Below, one piece after another: positions 1 through 12,574 of a stretch of DNA of 52,428 bases. The notes under the pieces were generated by a model. It made no database searches and had not been told where the DNA came from. It worked only from the letters and a program-made list of their open reading frames with translations. Positions within the stretch are counted from its first letter, which is position 1, and the number at the start of each line of letters is the position of its first letter. Origin of the DNA: Tubiluchus corallicola (Eukaryota > Animalia > Priapulida); the NCBI GenBank assembly GCA_030141605.1, contig JAQGDQ010001247.1, positions 1 to 52,428 on the forward strand. Direction: 5' to 3'. Both the position numbers and the translations under genes were made by a program.

Positions 1-1611
1 TTAATAGTTGTGTTCTGCTGTCATTAGCGTTTTTTGTTTATTATCTTTCTGAGAAGGCTGGTTGACTCGATAACCTTTGGTTTTTCGCCACCCTTTCTCC
101 TATGTTTGTTTGCATTTTTGTGTATTTTATTGTAAATTTATGAAAAAAAAAACAAAAAAAAAAATTACTAATTACTAAGTATTTTAAAATTCCCTTTTCC
201 CCTTTAAGTAATTCATGCCAATCATAGACGAGCATCACAGGTCCTTAAAGTAAAAGAGGCCCTAATATTAAACTGCAGGTCAAAAGAATCTGTTCTTTAA
301 AATATTGAAAGGGAACATACTGTTTTACCTTATGGCTTACGTGAAAGAATTATTACCACACAAAGACAATTTCACGTTCGCGCCACTAGTTCTTCACTGT
401 TACATGCATTTCGCCATTCGCTAGTTAGACGGGCACTAGCCCCTGCGTTTCGAAAGTGCTGTGCCTCTCATTTCAGATGTGTTCGTTTGTGACGTACTGC
501 ACAAGTTCGACAGTTCATGCGTGAGTACAGCGGTAAATTTGAAATTTTATCTTAAAACTTGCCTAGTTTTAGCATGACACACTAAATCTGTTGCAGTAGC
601 GCTGTACTTCAATTTTTGCCTTCACAAACACGTGGAACATGCTCATGGAGTATTTGTGATGTTGAAAATTATGTTAGTTTGTGATGTGATCATCATTTGG
701 GCTCGCCCGCCGTTAACTAAGATGTTAAACTATTATTTAATTATCAGAAACGCCTTGCATTATTACTGTTGTTAAAATGTACACTTTTTGCCGTAATTGA
801 AAATGGGGTAGTATATGAAAATGGGGACAGTATCATCCTGTCTTCCCTTAAATGCAAAAAACAAAGAACGTATTTCTAATAGGTTTCTTCCCTTCCACCC
901 AACAAAGTGTTAGACAGGATTAGTAAAATGGTTTCTTTTGTTGAGAAACGTGTGTCTTTAGGAAGCTATAAGTCTCGCGAGAAACGTGAGAAAGCTATTT
1001 GAATCCACTGTCACTTGCTCCGAGTCGAGCACACCCCCCCCCCCACAATCTACCGCCTCCGTTTCCTAAAGCAAGCACTCAAACATAAACTGTTTGCATT
1101 GTGGAAATTAAATATGCTGGGCACAGTTTTGTTTGCTGCTAAGAAAATTCGTCTCGGCTGATCGAATTAGCACAAACTCTAAACTCAATAGAATACAAAC
1201 TCGAGGGTTTCACCTTTTGTGCAACGTCGCTTAGAAGTTGCGAAGCCACTCATGTCGCCGTGACGTCATCGCCTCGTGAAGCCGGTCACGTGGACTGCAT
1301 AAAGGTGAGCAAACAGAAAGCAAAGGTGATGAGCATTGATGAATTAAATTTCCCACCTATGGTGTGTCAAACACAAAGGTGCACTTTCCTATTCTATGCG
1401 CTAATAGGTTTTGACGTTACGTGACGTACGACTCATACGGGGTGTTCTGAAACTTTGTCCAAATATTGTGAATGTTGATGGACCTAAAGGTTAGAGTCAA
1501 CTAAATGCAAAAATTGGAAGATAATAGGGCTCATTATATCTGCAGGGCGACAGAAAGAGAGGGTCGGGGTCGGTGACCTTAAGTTGGGTTCCTTGAAACT
1601 ACAGCAGTTAC

Positions 1612-1784
1612 ACCAGACGGTATAGTCTAGTGGTAACGCGCCCACTTTCCATCTCGGAGGTTACGAGCTCGATACTGCTGCCGGGTAATACAAAAGACTT
1701 TAAAAATGATGTCTACTGTCACCCTACTTGGCGCGTGGTATTCTTGTGCTGTCTATTGAACTTAAAGCCTACTTTAAATAAAGG

Positions 1785-1790
<6 letters not shown>
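1612..1790 (+). mobile_element. tRNA-derived SINE, Meta-domain-like, with (TTA)n tail
   Basis: Box A-like TAGTCTAGTGG and degenerate box B GAGCTCGATAC. Then caaaagactttaaaaatgatgtctactgtcaccctacttggcgc, which resembles the MetaSINE central domain as I recall it. Ends in aaataaagg plus (TTA)n. Confidence 0.6.
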
Positions 1791-1883
<93 letters not shown>

Positions 1884-1885
1884 GT

Positions 1886-1967
<82 letters not shown>

Positions 1968-2047
1968 ACTATTACTATTACTATTACTATTACTATTACT
2001 ATTACTATTACTATTACTATTACTATTACTATTACTATTACTATTAC

Positions 2048-2124
<77 letters not shown>

Positions 2125-2545
2125 ATGACTGAATGAACGAATAAGCGAATAAATGAACAAATAAATGGAATGAACGAATGAATGAATGAACGAATGAATG
2201 AATGAATAGACGAATGAATGAATGAATGAAATAATGAATGAATGGACGAATGAATGAATGAACGAATGAACGAATGAACGAATAAACGAATGAATGAATG
2301 AACGAAAGAATGAATGAATGAATGAATAGACGAATGAATGAATGAATGAATGAACGAATGAACGAATGAATGAATGAACGAATGAACGAATGAATGAACG
2401 AATGAACGAATGAATGAATGAATGAATGAATGAATCAATGAATGAATGAATGAATGAATGAATCAATGAATGAATGAATCGACGAATGAATGAATGAACG
2501 AATGAATGAATGAACGAATGCATGAACGAACGAACGAATAAATAC
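1788..2545. repeat. Compound microsatellite (TTA)n/(CTGTTG)n/(CTATTA)n/(TAA)n/(GAAT)n
   Basis: Directly visible. Confidence 0.95.
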
Positions 2546-3365
2546 ATAAAGAAATGAATAATTAAATAAATAAATGATTTAACAAACATGAGCTCGAATA
2601 ACATAAACAGTCTCAAATCTTAAGATGGCTACATACTTCACTGCACTAAATGTCATGCATTTGCATCTAATGATGTAACTGCATGTTTTAAGGCCATTAT
2701 GCACATCGTTAGGAATCACTTATTTTCCCCGAAGTATTTAGATGTCGAATCCACAGTGAGGGAACTAAGATACAAAAATACCTTTTATTCCTACTACCCA
2801 ACGAATGTGAATTGCTTTGTCTGGTATTACGACGTCTGGAACTATTATTAATGTGCAATGGTTCATTTTAGCTTTTATCGAGCACATTGTAGAGACAAAT
2901 ATAGCAACGATAGGCTAGAGAAATAAGAGATATAATGAAGTTTTTGCACTGAATGCTCCGCGAGCACTGGGACTCAAGACAAAGAATAGATTAGATACTT
3001 TGCAATGTAGCAGCGTATACCTGTAGGGTAAACAAACATGGGAAAGGCATTAACATCACTCACATTTGTTGAAAATTACCTAGTGCTAGACTCAAAATTA
3101 ACACATGTAATTTATCAGCAGCACAAAAATAATCACCATCCCCGCTCATGGATCTGCCCTCATCGCTGTCTTCATCAGCAAACGCAAGACATCATTAGAG
3201 AAACAGCTTTGTCTCTCAAAACATCCGCTGTTTTCAGCAAATGGACACTTGTTTGGTAATTAGTGTGGGTCCAATACAAACTGATGAGTAGTGAAATATA
3301 AAGAAAGGCGAGAGGACATTATGGCTGTGATTATGTTTGCCATAAATGTAGTCACATTAATGACT

Positions 3366-3488
3366 GACTACGAGACAGGTTGATCACGTTGAAAACACCG
3401 GTTCTCGTCTGATCACCGAAGTTAAGCAACGTAGAGCCTGGTTAGTGCTTGGATGGGTGACCGCCTAGGAATACCAAGTGCTGTAGGT
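3366..3488 (+). rRNA. 5S rRNA-derived sequence (SINE head, probably not a functional 5S gene)
   Basis: ...cacgttgaaaacaccggttctcgtctgatcaccgaagttaagcaacgtagagcctggttagtgcttggatgggtgaccgcctaggaatacc..gtgctgtagg matches metazoan 5S including boxes A and C. No T4 terminator follows it. Confidence 0.8.
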
Positions 3489-3871
3489 TTGCGGGATGCC
3501 CACACTGTATCGACACTAGGCGAAGGAGCTGTACAAGCAGCCAACGGCTAGAGGGCGGAGGAGGTCAAGTGACCCAACGGCCATGTGTAGAGGAGTAAAC
3601 CTTCCAAATCAGGAGTGGAGCCCCGAAGGCGGACCAGTGCAGCATGCTCACTGACTCAGCAGCTCCTGCAGCCAGCCTGGTGCCAAACGTATCGCTCCGC
3701 TTTCCTTTGGACTACACCAGGGAGGAAGAGAGAGGGTTCCTGTATAATGGGGAACTCAGGACGTCCATACACCTTGCCCGGGCGTGCGCCCTGGAGACGT
3801 TCAAGCATCGGACTCTCTTGGCGCACATTCCATTGTCTTCCGAGACAGAAGGATGCCAACAACGCAACAAA
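3366..3871 (+). mobile_element. 5S rRNA-derived SINE (SINE3-type), full-length copy with TSD
   Basis: 5S head, ~380-bp GC-rich body and CAA-rich tail. Flanked by the direct repeat AGTCACATTAATGACTGA (3350-3367 and 3872-3889). Second copy at 6585-7144. Confidence 0.9.
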
Positions 3872-4224
3872 AGTCACATTAATGACTGAACACATGACAG
3901 CTCTTGTGCCGAGACGTGTTACAGTTGCTATGACGAATAGGTGCGGTTGCTAGGGCAAAATGTGTGACAGTTCTTCAAAGCCTCATTCCACCTATTACAG
4001 GTATTGAGGCATCAATATTTATCAGAGTATTCCACCCACTTCTTCTACTCCTAAAGACATATTTGGTTGAAGCAATTGAACATCTTTATTCATCTTAGCT
4101 ATCCAAGTTGTTCTAGGGTTTGCCAGGTGATTTTTTGGGAGGTTTAACGCTTCCTTTAAAGCAATTCTTACTGGTACTTCATTTGGTAATCTTAGAAGAT
4201 GTCATAGCCTTGGATTGCACTTGT

Positions 4225-4625
4225 GTGATAGTTGCTACGGTAAAACATGTGGCGGTTGCTATGGTCAAGCATGTAACAGTTGCTATGGAAGACGTGTGAT
4301 GGTTGCTATGTAAAACAAGAAACTGTTGCTATTATAAAACGTGTGGCAGTTGCTATGGCAAATGTGTGATGGTTTCTATGTAAAGCATGAAACTGTTGCT
4401 ACGGTCAAGCATGTAACAGTTGCTATGGAAGAGGTGTGATGGTTGCTATGTAAAGCAAGAAACTGTTGCTATGATAAAACGTTTGGTGGTTGCTATGGCA
4501 AATGTGTGATGGTTGCTATGTAAAGCATGAAACTGTTGCTATGGTCAAGCATGTAACAGTTGCTATGGAAAACGTGTGATGGTTGCTATGCAAAGCAAGA
4601 AACTGTTGCTACGGTAAAACATGGC
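4225..4625. repeat. Degenerate ~21-23-bp minisatellite (GTTGCTATGG core) with higher-order period
   Basis: Recurrent gttgctatg units. Confidence 0.85.
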
Positions 4626-4848
4626 ATTTTACCATAGCAACACAAAAGCTTTGGGAAGGGGGAAATTGAAGGAAGCCCTATAAAAATAAAGAAATGTAAG
4701 AAAAAATGGCTGACATTGAATAAAAATCAATACAGAGGAAAATAGCAAAGGTGATACTTTTCTTTCCATTTCCGTTTCCGGCCTCCAGCGGGTAGGTTTA
4801 GTAAAAAATTCTGTTTATTCTTTTCTTGCATTGCCAACTTTTGTTTGG

Positions 4849-4900
4849 CACAGCATATGGCCACTCACCCAAATACTAACCAGAGCTAATGATGCTTAAC
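4849..4900 (-). pseudogene. Degenerate 5S-derived fragment
   Basis: Reverse complement gttaagcatcattagctctggttagtatttgggtgagtggcc resembles the 5S box A-IE-box C region. Confidence 0.4.
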
Positions 4901-6012
4901 GATGGGAAACCGTGTCTTAGCAAAGCCAGCATTGCATTGAGTCCTTTGCAAATGAAGTCTGAATATTATGTAACGTGATAGAGAAAAGACTGTAATAACA
5001 AAGGGCACACAGCGATGCGCAATATTTAAAGTAAATTCAGACACATTTTAAATAAATGAAATGCTTCTCAGCTGCTAATATATTTGCACCTTATCACTTT
5101 ACCGCTTCAGTACACAAGAAAACCATGAGAAGGGAAATAAATGAAGTCCACGGCAGGTGCTCGTCTTCCCAAGCATGGCGGATTCATTCACGTTTCCCCA
5201 AGCATGGTGGATCCAGCCACGTCGCGTCGCTATAGTAATACAACCCAAGGTAAAAAAATGCAAAAAAAAATTACGGACAATAACCAAAAATTCCATAAAG
5301 GCACAACGGGCATTTTCGATTTCGACCAATTGATTCTAAGCCGCAGTAGAACAAAGGTCGTTCATGGTGCTGCCATCTAGATTAGACGTGGTTTCGTGAA
5401 GAAAATTAAAGGAAGCTGTGGCTTGGAAATTATCCTTCTTATTACACGTGTGAGACTGTAATTATAGGCAAATGTCTGCTTATATGATCCATTTCAATTT
5501 TTATGGGCATAATCAGTGGCGAATCGATTACATCGCGGCCATAATCATTTCCTTAGTATGAGCTGCATTGGCGTCACGTGACCATCGACGTCACAGTGAC
5601 GTTTACCTTGACTCGTGAATTTTTTGTAACCCGTAAACGTCATGTCTAGGCAACACAAGCCTCTGGGGTTGCCTTAATCTTTTTGACTTGGATCCAGGCG
5701 TTAAAGCAGTTACAAGAATATCATCAAAGAAAATTGGTTTCCTTTTCTGAGAAAAGAATCTCTTTTGCCTGGAGGTATAGCTGTTTTCAATTAGTCACCC
5801 TACCAGCAACATAATCTATTTGTTACCTCAGTAAATGTAGACGCAGATTGCTTGAAAATTAGGATCACAGGCGACGTATTAGCACGAACGTTTAAAAAGT
5901 AAGCTATGTTTTAATAAATCCTTTTTCTCAGAGCACAAGAAAACTCTTTACTTACATAAAGCTAAAAAAATCGTCTCGAAATTTTGTATTATATACATGC
6001 TGTTTTTTAGTT

Positions 6013-6584
6013 TGTTATTATTATCACATTCAGTGCAATATAATGACATTAAGCACATAGTGACATCAAAATTATTACGTCATACTGTATTAAATTGTTA
6101 TGTTTCATACACCCTCGTTATCATAAAAGAATAATTGTACTGCAGTGGGCTAGAGAAGCAAAGGCTTGTATAAGCCCACTGTCATGTGAATCTGATAAAA
6201 AAGAATGGATGAGTGAACAAAAAAAGAACTGGGAGAAAGGTTAGATCACACAGGAAGGGTAGAAGGATGTGTTAGTGGAAATGGTAGGAAGAAAGATAAT
6301 AGATTGTGCTATGTTGACATCAGCTCTAAAGATTTATCAATGATGCCTTGTTTTGCATAATCTGTACCAAGATTGTGGTATGACTGCTGCAGTAGGTGTA
6401 GGATATTAGGAAGTGTTGTACTTGTTGAGAATCATTGCTCTGTATTTCTTTTTAAATTTTTGAATCGGCTGAACAGTTTCTAATTCTTCATTTATGTCAT
6501 TCCAAAGCCTTGGACCAACATTTGCAATGAATTGCCCGTGCCACGTCTGTTCTGCAGAAATTTACGACAAACTCATTCATTCTG
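6013..6584 (-). mobile_element. LINE (CR1/L2/Crack group) 3' fragment
   Basis: Minus frame reads IANVGPRLWNDINEELETVQPIQKFKKKYRAMILNKY, the typical WN..(P)...FK C-terminus. The 3'UTR is shared with 14196-14520. Confidence 0.7.
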
Positions 6585-7144
6585 GTTGCGTTGGCATCCT
6601 TCTGTCTTGGAAGACATTGGAGTGTGCGCCAAGAGAGTCAGTTATTGATCACATTGATGGAGCTGCAGCGTCGACTGTGGCTGAGCAATCCGATCCTTGA
6701 ACCACTGTAGTGGCATCTCCAGGGCGCACGCCTGGGCAAGGTGTATGGAGATCCTGAGTTGCCCAGACAACAGGAACCCCCTCTCTTCCTCGCTGGTGTA
6801 GTCCAAAGGAAAGCAGAGCGATACGTTTGGCACCAGGTTGGCTGCAGGAGCTGCCAGAGTCACTGAGCATGCTGCACTGGTCCGCCTTCGGGGCTCCACT
6901 CCTGATTTGGAAGGTTTACTCCTCTACACATGGCCGTTGGGTCACTTAACCTCCTCCGCCCTCTAGCCGTTGGCTGCTTGTGCAGCTCCTCCGCCTAGTG
7001 TCGAGATACAGTGTGGGTATCCCACAAGCCTACAGCACCTGGAATTTCTAGGCGGTCACCCATCCAAGTACTAACCAGACTCTACGTTGCTTAACTTTGG
7101 TGATCAGACAAAAACCGGTGTTTTTAACGTGACATGGCCGTAGC
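6585..7144 (-). mobile_element. 5S rRNA-derived SINE, second full-length copy
   Basis: Reverse complement aligns along the whole of copy 1 and carries two internal segments that copy 1 lacks. Confidence 0.9.
7027..7144 (-). rRNA. 5S rRNA-derived sequence (SINE head)
   Basis: Reverse complement reads gctacggccatgtcacgttaaaaacaccgg...gatcaccaaagttaagcaacgtagagtctggttagtacttggatgggtgaccgcc...caggtgctgtaggct. Confidence 0.8.
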
Positions 7145-7847
7145 GTTCTGTCAATAATGGTTGCGCAATGCCGATTATTTGGTTGGACTGGCTTATTCTA
7201 CAAAATGTCAGTATAAAAAATAACCAGGGTATACGTCGCACACTTCACTAACTAAGCAAAAGTTCAAATTACTTTTATCTTGTCAACATGATTAAAATTA
7301 ATTGTGGTTTTTGGTGAATCAGTGTTGCACACTGGGAAGGCGAGTTGCGGAGACTTTGCCAGTTGGCGCGTACATTTTAAATTATTCAAAAAATTTGTTT
7401 TCCAATTACATAAGTTTTCCACGCAGGTAAGCGCAATGTTAAAGTAATATAACTTTGTACGAAAAGTTTTTTGAAATATAGAAATGTACGTGAAAACTGC
7501 CTTTCATCAACATTAAGTAAAGTCTTGACATCAGTTGCTTTTTAAGCCTTTTTTTCATTTTACATTTTTCATTACTGCCCGACAATTGATGCAAATCTTC
7601 CGAGGGTCACCTGAACTGATTGTTATAGGCGCAGTCGTCGTCTACTAGTGACACCTGGCGCTCACAAAATGAACGAATCAACGTCATGTTTTAGCGAATG
7701 CTGGTAATACGGATTGTTATTTAAAATCAAAACAAATCATTTTTCCCATCACCAATTTAATTTTCTTATTATAATAATGTCTTTAGGGTTTCTTTGAGCA
7801 TAATTTTGTTTCTAGGTTCTGATAAAAGTGATACGCAATGAAAAGTC

Positions 7848-8079
7848 AAATGCGTGTCAGTGTTGGTTACGCATGCACTACATTCAAAACGCTGCACAGT
7901 TGACATCAATAATAGTGAGCTACGCGGAATGTTCGCGCATTATTGACAGGCGGTCTTATTGATATTGAGAACAGATAAATGCGTATCAGTGTTGGTTACG
8001 CATGCACTACATTCAAAACGCTGCACAGTTGATGTCAATAATAGTAAGCTACGCGGAATGTTCGCGCATTATTGACAGG
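7848..8079. repeat. Tandem duplication, ~129-bp period x2
   Basis: aaatgcgt.tcagtgttggttacgcatgcac...cattattgacagg occurs twice. Confidence 0.9.
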
Positions 8080-9545
8080 AGATTTACAATCTGGTGATCT
8101 AATCATTCGTGTTAGTAAAATATACGTAGAGTGACGCAATAGTACTTTAAAATGTTTTATATTATTTTCTGCACTCATTGCGACATACCACGCACTATTA
8201 TGTGCTATGCGATGTTGAATTGGACACGTTTAACACAAACATGTAACTTGCAACAACGTAGCTGCATCATGGTGCACCCACCAGTCGTCACTGACGCCCC
8301 AACTCTCCACGTAGTGTTCACAACACAGCATGTCAGCATCTAGCTGGACAACATCTTCGCATACACACTATCGTCAATAACGCGCGCACAATCCACGTCT
8401 GTGTTTCCCTCCGTACGCGGATGGAGTCTACAGGGCCACGTGGAATCAAATCAGCCTCGTAAATTCTCATCCAGGATCAGCAGCTAATAGGATAGATCCC
8501 CCGGGATGTCGCATCACCGGCAGGGGATTGGGCAGCTTATAATCACGTCAATAAGATGATGCGGATGTAAATTTTCTGCTGCAGACCAGATTCTCTTGGG
8601 ATGATATAATACGGGAGATTACATGAGCTTAGCAGCTTTGAGCAAAATGATGCTAAAATAAACTTTTAATAAACTGGTTATAGCATGTTATAGCTCGTTA
8701 TATTACTAGCTCGCTTATAATGGAATATTTTACACAGCTGATTACGTGGGAAAGTAAGTAGGATTTTAAGCGTTTTGTTAAGGTCAGTTTCTGGCCTTAA
8801 CATGTAGGTGGCAGCACCTATGTGAACTTACCTGTAATTTTACCTGTGAAGTTGTAAATTAGGTTGTGCCTCACTAAACACGCCCACAGAAGCCTCAGTA
8901 AACGCTAAATAATGTTTAGGTAAATGTTCAAGTAATTATTTGTAGCGTCTCTACCTGATTTGCTGTAAATCAGTATGACTTTCCAAGGATCTATTAAGTT
9001 GTTATAGCCGCACGATGCGAGTAATATTTACTTTATTATCTTAAATTATAATAATTAGATCATTATACATTTGTAAGCAGTGAAAAGCAGTCAAATTTAT
9101 TATTTTCATTTTTTTGTATATACAGAAATAAAGATTTCTGAGAACACCATATGCTATGAATGTTCCCGTCACACGTTTGTTCAGACTAGACTAGACTCAG
9201 CTAGACTCAGACTAGAAACTAACCATGGCTTGTTTTTTAATGAGTTTTAAACGTATTGTATATATTTAATTCCGAATAATATGCGACACATCGCTCAGGG
9301 CTACGTAAGTCTAGACGGTATTGAAATCTGTGTTAAAAATAATCACACGTATCTTGGCCATGTACTTTCTAATGACCTTTCTGCTCATTTAGACATAAAT
9401 AACTAGAACCGTTTGTGCTAAACGCAGGATCTAATATGCTATTAACTAAATTTATTTCTTGTTCAAAAAATATGCTATTTTGTTCGTTCTTCTTGAGGAT
9501 CTTAAATATCCTGTAATTTAAAACGTTTTTTTATTATTTTCTGTA

Positions 9546-9733
9546 CATATACTGTAGAAGATGGCGTATCATAAGCACAACATGTGAAAAACGTGTGAAG
9601 AACAATGGTGTAAGTGACGAGGATCTTAGTTAAACTGCATATACTGTAGAAGATGGCGTACCATAAGCACAACATGTGAAAAACTTGTGAAGAACAATGT
9701 TGTAAGCGGCGAGGATCTTAGTTAAACTGCATA
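9546..9733. repeat. Tandem duplication, ~92-bp period x2
   Basis: catatactgtagaagatggcgta...gaggatcttagttaaactgcata occurs twice. Confidence 0.9.
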
Positions 9734-10650
9734 CTTTGAAATTAACCCATAAATGATTGAGTACATCTTGTTACTTGATTACAAGATGTACTGTAATCAT
9801 TTATGAGTTAATTTCAAAAAAATTATCAGCAGTTGCAAAATGAAGCACATTTTATGCTTCCATTGAATCCCAATGTATCCCGTGGGATACAGGCTATATT
9901 TAACACACGGGTACAGGTAGAAAAAAATAATTATTATGTGTAAACAAGATTGACATGCTGAACAAAACTGCCAAGCCAATATTTTTTTTTATTATTAAAA
10001 AAATAATTTGGGACTGAAAGGGTTAAACGTAAACAATATGAACGTATACGATTCTCAGCTGGAATTTATCTAAGCTTAACGTACCTCCCTCTTTCAATAT
10101 ACAAAGTAGGCGAACTGATTCCCAGTTTTCTAAATCTTGTTATACATATATTCGGAATGACTAGAAAGTACTGCAGTTAATATTGTTTTTTGAAGGTTCG
10201 ATATGTTCGCAATTTGTTTTGTCTATCATATCTCTTCGGCCTGTTTATTTTTCCATCAAAGTTTATGGAGAGTTTGTCAAATTTCCCAGTAGCTTGACTG
10301 TCTTTCAGTAATTGCACGTAACCAAAAATTTTACTACGAACTAAGACTTTCACATGACTTGAGCCCTTCTACTAAAATAAGTCGAAAATGGTACATGTGT
10401 CATAGCATTTGTCCAATGATAACCACCTGGACACGTTCGATTATAGTTGTTCTATTTGCCGTTTCATTTCAATGGCACGTATTTTCGCTTTGATGTTCTA
10501 GGAAGTAAGAAAGGTAAAGGAAATCACATACTTTAAGTTTGAACTGCGCATGCGTTGCAGAAGTGCGACTGGTGTTGGTGATGGCGGTGATTGGACGAAT
10601 GATTTGATTAGGAGATAATAAACAGACGTCTCTAGAGGACAAGCAAGAAT

Positions 10651-10752
10651 TTATGCGCTAGTAAATAAATATTCACTGTTGATTGACATCCCACCGGGAG
10701 GCAAAATGGTTTCCACATTGAAATATGGTGATTTCCTCACGGATGGAGGCAG
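10651..10752 (-). CDS. Putative terminal exon of unidentified minus-strand gene (LPPSVRKSPYFNVETILPPGGMSINSEYLFTSA*)
   Basis: Acceptor atcttgCAG, open frame to TAA, phase 0 matching the upstream candidate exon. Confidence 0.5.
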   Translation of the reverse strand: MPPSVRKSPYFNVETILPPGGMSINSEYLFTSA

Positions 10753-10794
10753 CTGCAAGATATTAAACTCTTACAACACGGAGAAACAAAAATA

Positions 10795-10805
10795 AAGAGA
10801 AAGAG

Positions 10806-10863
<58 letters not shown>

Positions 10864-10954
10864 AGAGAGAGAAAGAAACGTAGACAGAGACAGAAGAGAG
10901 AGAAAGAAAATGAGAGAAAAAAGACAGACACAAAGGCAGAGAGACAGAGAGGGA

Positions 10955-11036
<82 letters not shown>

Positions 11037-11180
11037 GAGACAGAGACAGAAGGGAGAGAAAGAAAATGAGAGAAAAAAGACAGAAACAGAGGCAGAGAGA
11101 CAGAGAGGGAGAAAAAAGACAGAAACAGAGGCAGAGAGACAGAGAGGGAGAGAAAGAGAGAGAGAGAGAGAGAAGGGAAA
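10795..11180. repeat. (GA)n-rich microsatellite
   Basis: Directly visible. Confidence 0.95.
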
Positions 11181-11755
11181 GGAAAAGATGGAAAGAAAAA
11201 GATAAGTGAGAGATCAACATTTAAACAAATTTTAGGTGCTTGCATCCCATTTGAAATTGCTTACCTTCAAGCTCAATTAAGGATTATTGGCAGCTCTTAA
11301 CAATGCCAATCTAAGTAGAAATTTAAAATACAAGGTCCATAGTGAAAGGTCAAGGTCAAATTAAAGGCTGGAGTAATACACTCAGACGCTCCTTGTGACA
11401 ATGTTAATGAACTTTGTGGAGTAAATGAACTTATCCTTTCCACAAGAACGATGAAGAGACACAAATGGAATTACAATTCAAGTCAACTGAATTTATTATT
11501 TCTAAACCGTCACATTTACTCATATTGCAAAACCCAGTAGATTCACGGTTCAGACGAGATGGTAATGACGTCTGTGGCTGGACAATCTGAAGCAAAATGA
11601 ACAGTTAAATTTATGATGACGCGGGGATACTCAAGAAACGCATGCTATCAGCTTCCGCAACTCCCTGAACTAATTAAGCATCAAGTAGTCTTCGTTTTAA
11701 TCAGTTTATTCTTGTATTTTAGACGGCGCCCAGTTGTTCTTGCCTAGAAGCCAAA

Positions 11756-12331
11756 CTAAGAGTTTGTAACATGGTGGATGCAGCATACATCGTGTATACT
11801 AGAAGCAACAGACTGATGTACAGTAGGAAACCCACTACTAAGAGTTTGTAACATGGTGGATGCAGCATACATCGTGTATACTAGAAGCAACAGAGTGATG
11901 TACAGTAGGAAACCCACTACTAAGAGTTTGTAACATGGTGGATGCAGCATACATCGTGTATACTAGAAGCAACAGAGTGATGTACAGTAGGAAACCCACT
12001 ACTAAGAGTTTGTAACATGGTGGATGCAGCATACATCGTGTATACTAGAAGCAACAGAGTGATGTACAGTAGGAAACCCACTACTAAGAGTTTGTAACAT
12101 GGTGGATGCAGCATACATCGTGTATACTAGAAGCAACAGAGTGATGTACAGTAGGAACACCACTACTAAGAGTTTGTAACATGGTAGGTGCAGCATACAT
12201 CGTGTATACTAGAAGCAACAGAGTGGTGTACAGTAGGAACACCACTACTAAGAGTTTGTAACATGGTGGATGCAGCATACATCGTGTATACTAGAAGCAA
12301 CAGAGTGATGTACAGTAGGAACATCACTACT
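11756..12331. repeat. 82-bp minisatellite x7
   Basis: Unit ctaagagtttgtaacatggtggatgcagc...gtaggaaacccacta. ORF track repeats at 82-nt offsets. Confidence 0.95.
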
Positions 12332-12510
12332 CATCACCCTGAAAAGCACTAACGTGTGGCGCCATCTATGTTAAGCTATCTTAAATGTTACCCTTATAGC
12401 GATATTTACAGAGATACGTTTGAAAAAAAGGGTAAACACATTATAGAGACAACATTGAGTTGAGCCTCAATGGGATAAGAAGGACCAGAGCATGTAGGCT
12501 ACTGGCTTAC

Positions 12511-12574
12511 CTCATACTGACGTCTCTTTATTAAACAGTGCCATGTTCGACCATGTTGGTAACGTGAAGTGCCT
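12511..12574 (-). CDS. Putative internal exon (R-GTSRYQHGRTWHCLIKRRQYE)
   Basis: acacttAG acceptor and strong GAG|GTAAGC donor. 64 nt, phase 2 in and phase 0 out, compatible with both neighbours. Confidence 0.5.

Noticed and set aside
1630-2616. Poly-L/N/SFIH ORFs, and the similar SL/RE, poly-D and poly-T ORFs throughout the window
   Set aside because: Pure translations of microsatellites.
3281-3298. CTGATGAG-tagt-GAAA hammerhead core
   Set aside because: No stem II pairing and no identifiable stems I/III.
3366-7144. Functional 5S rDNA cluster
   Set aside because: Copies are mutated, lack T-run terminators, are inverted rather than tandem, share a long downstream body, and one has a TSD, so they are SINEs.
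11265-11310. Minus-strand exon candidate with AG|GTAAGC donor
   Set aside because: Stop codons in all three frames.
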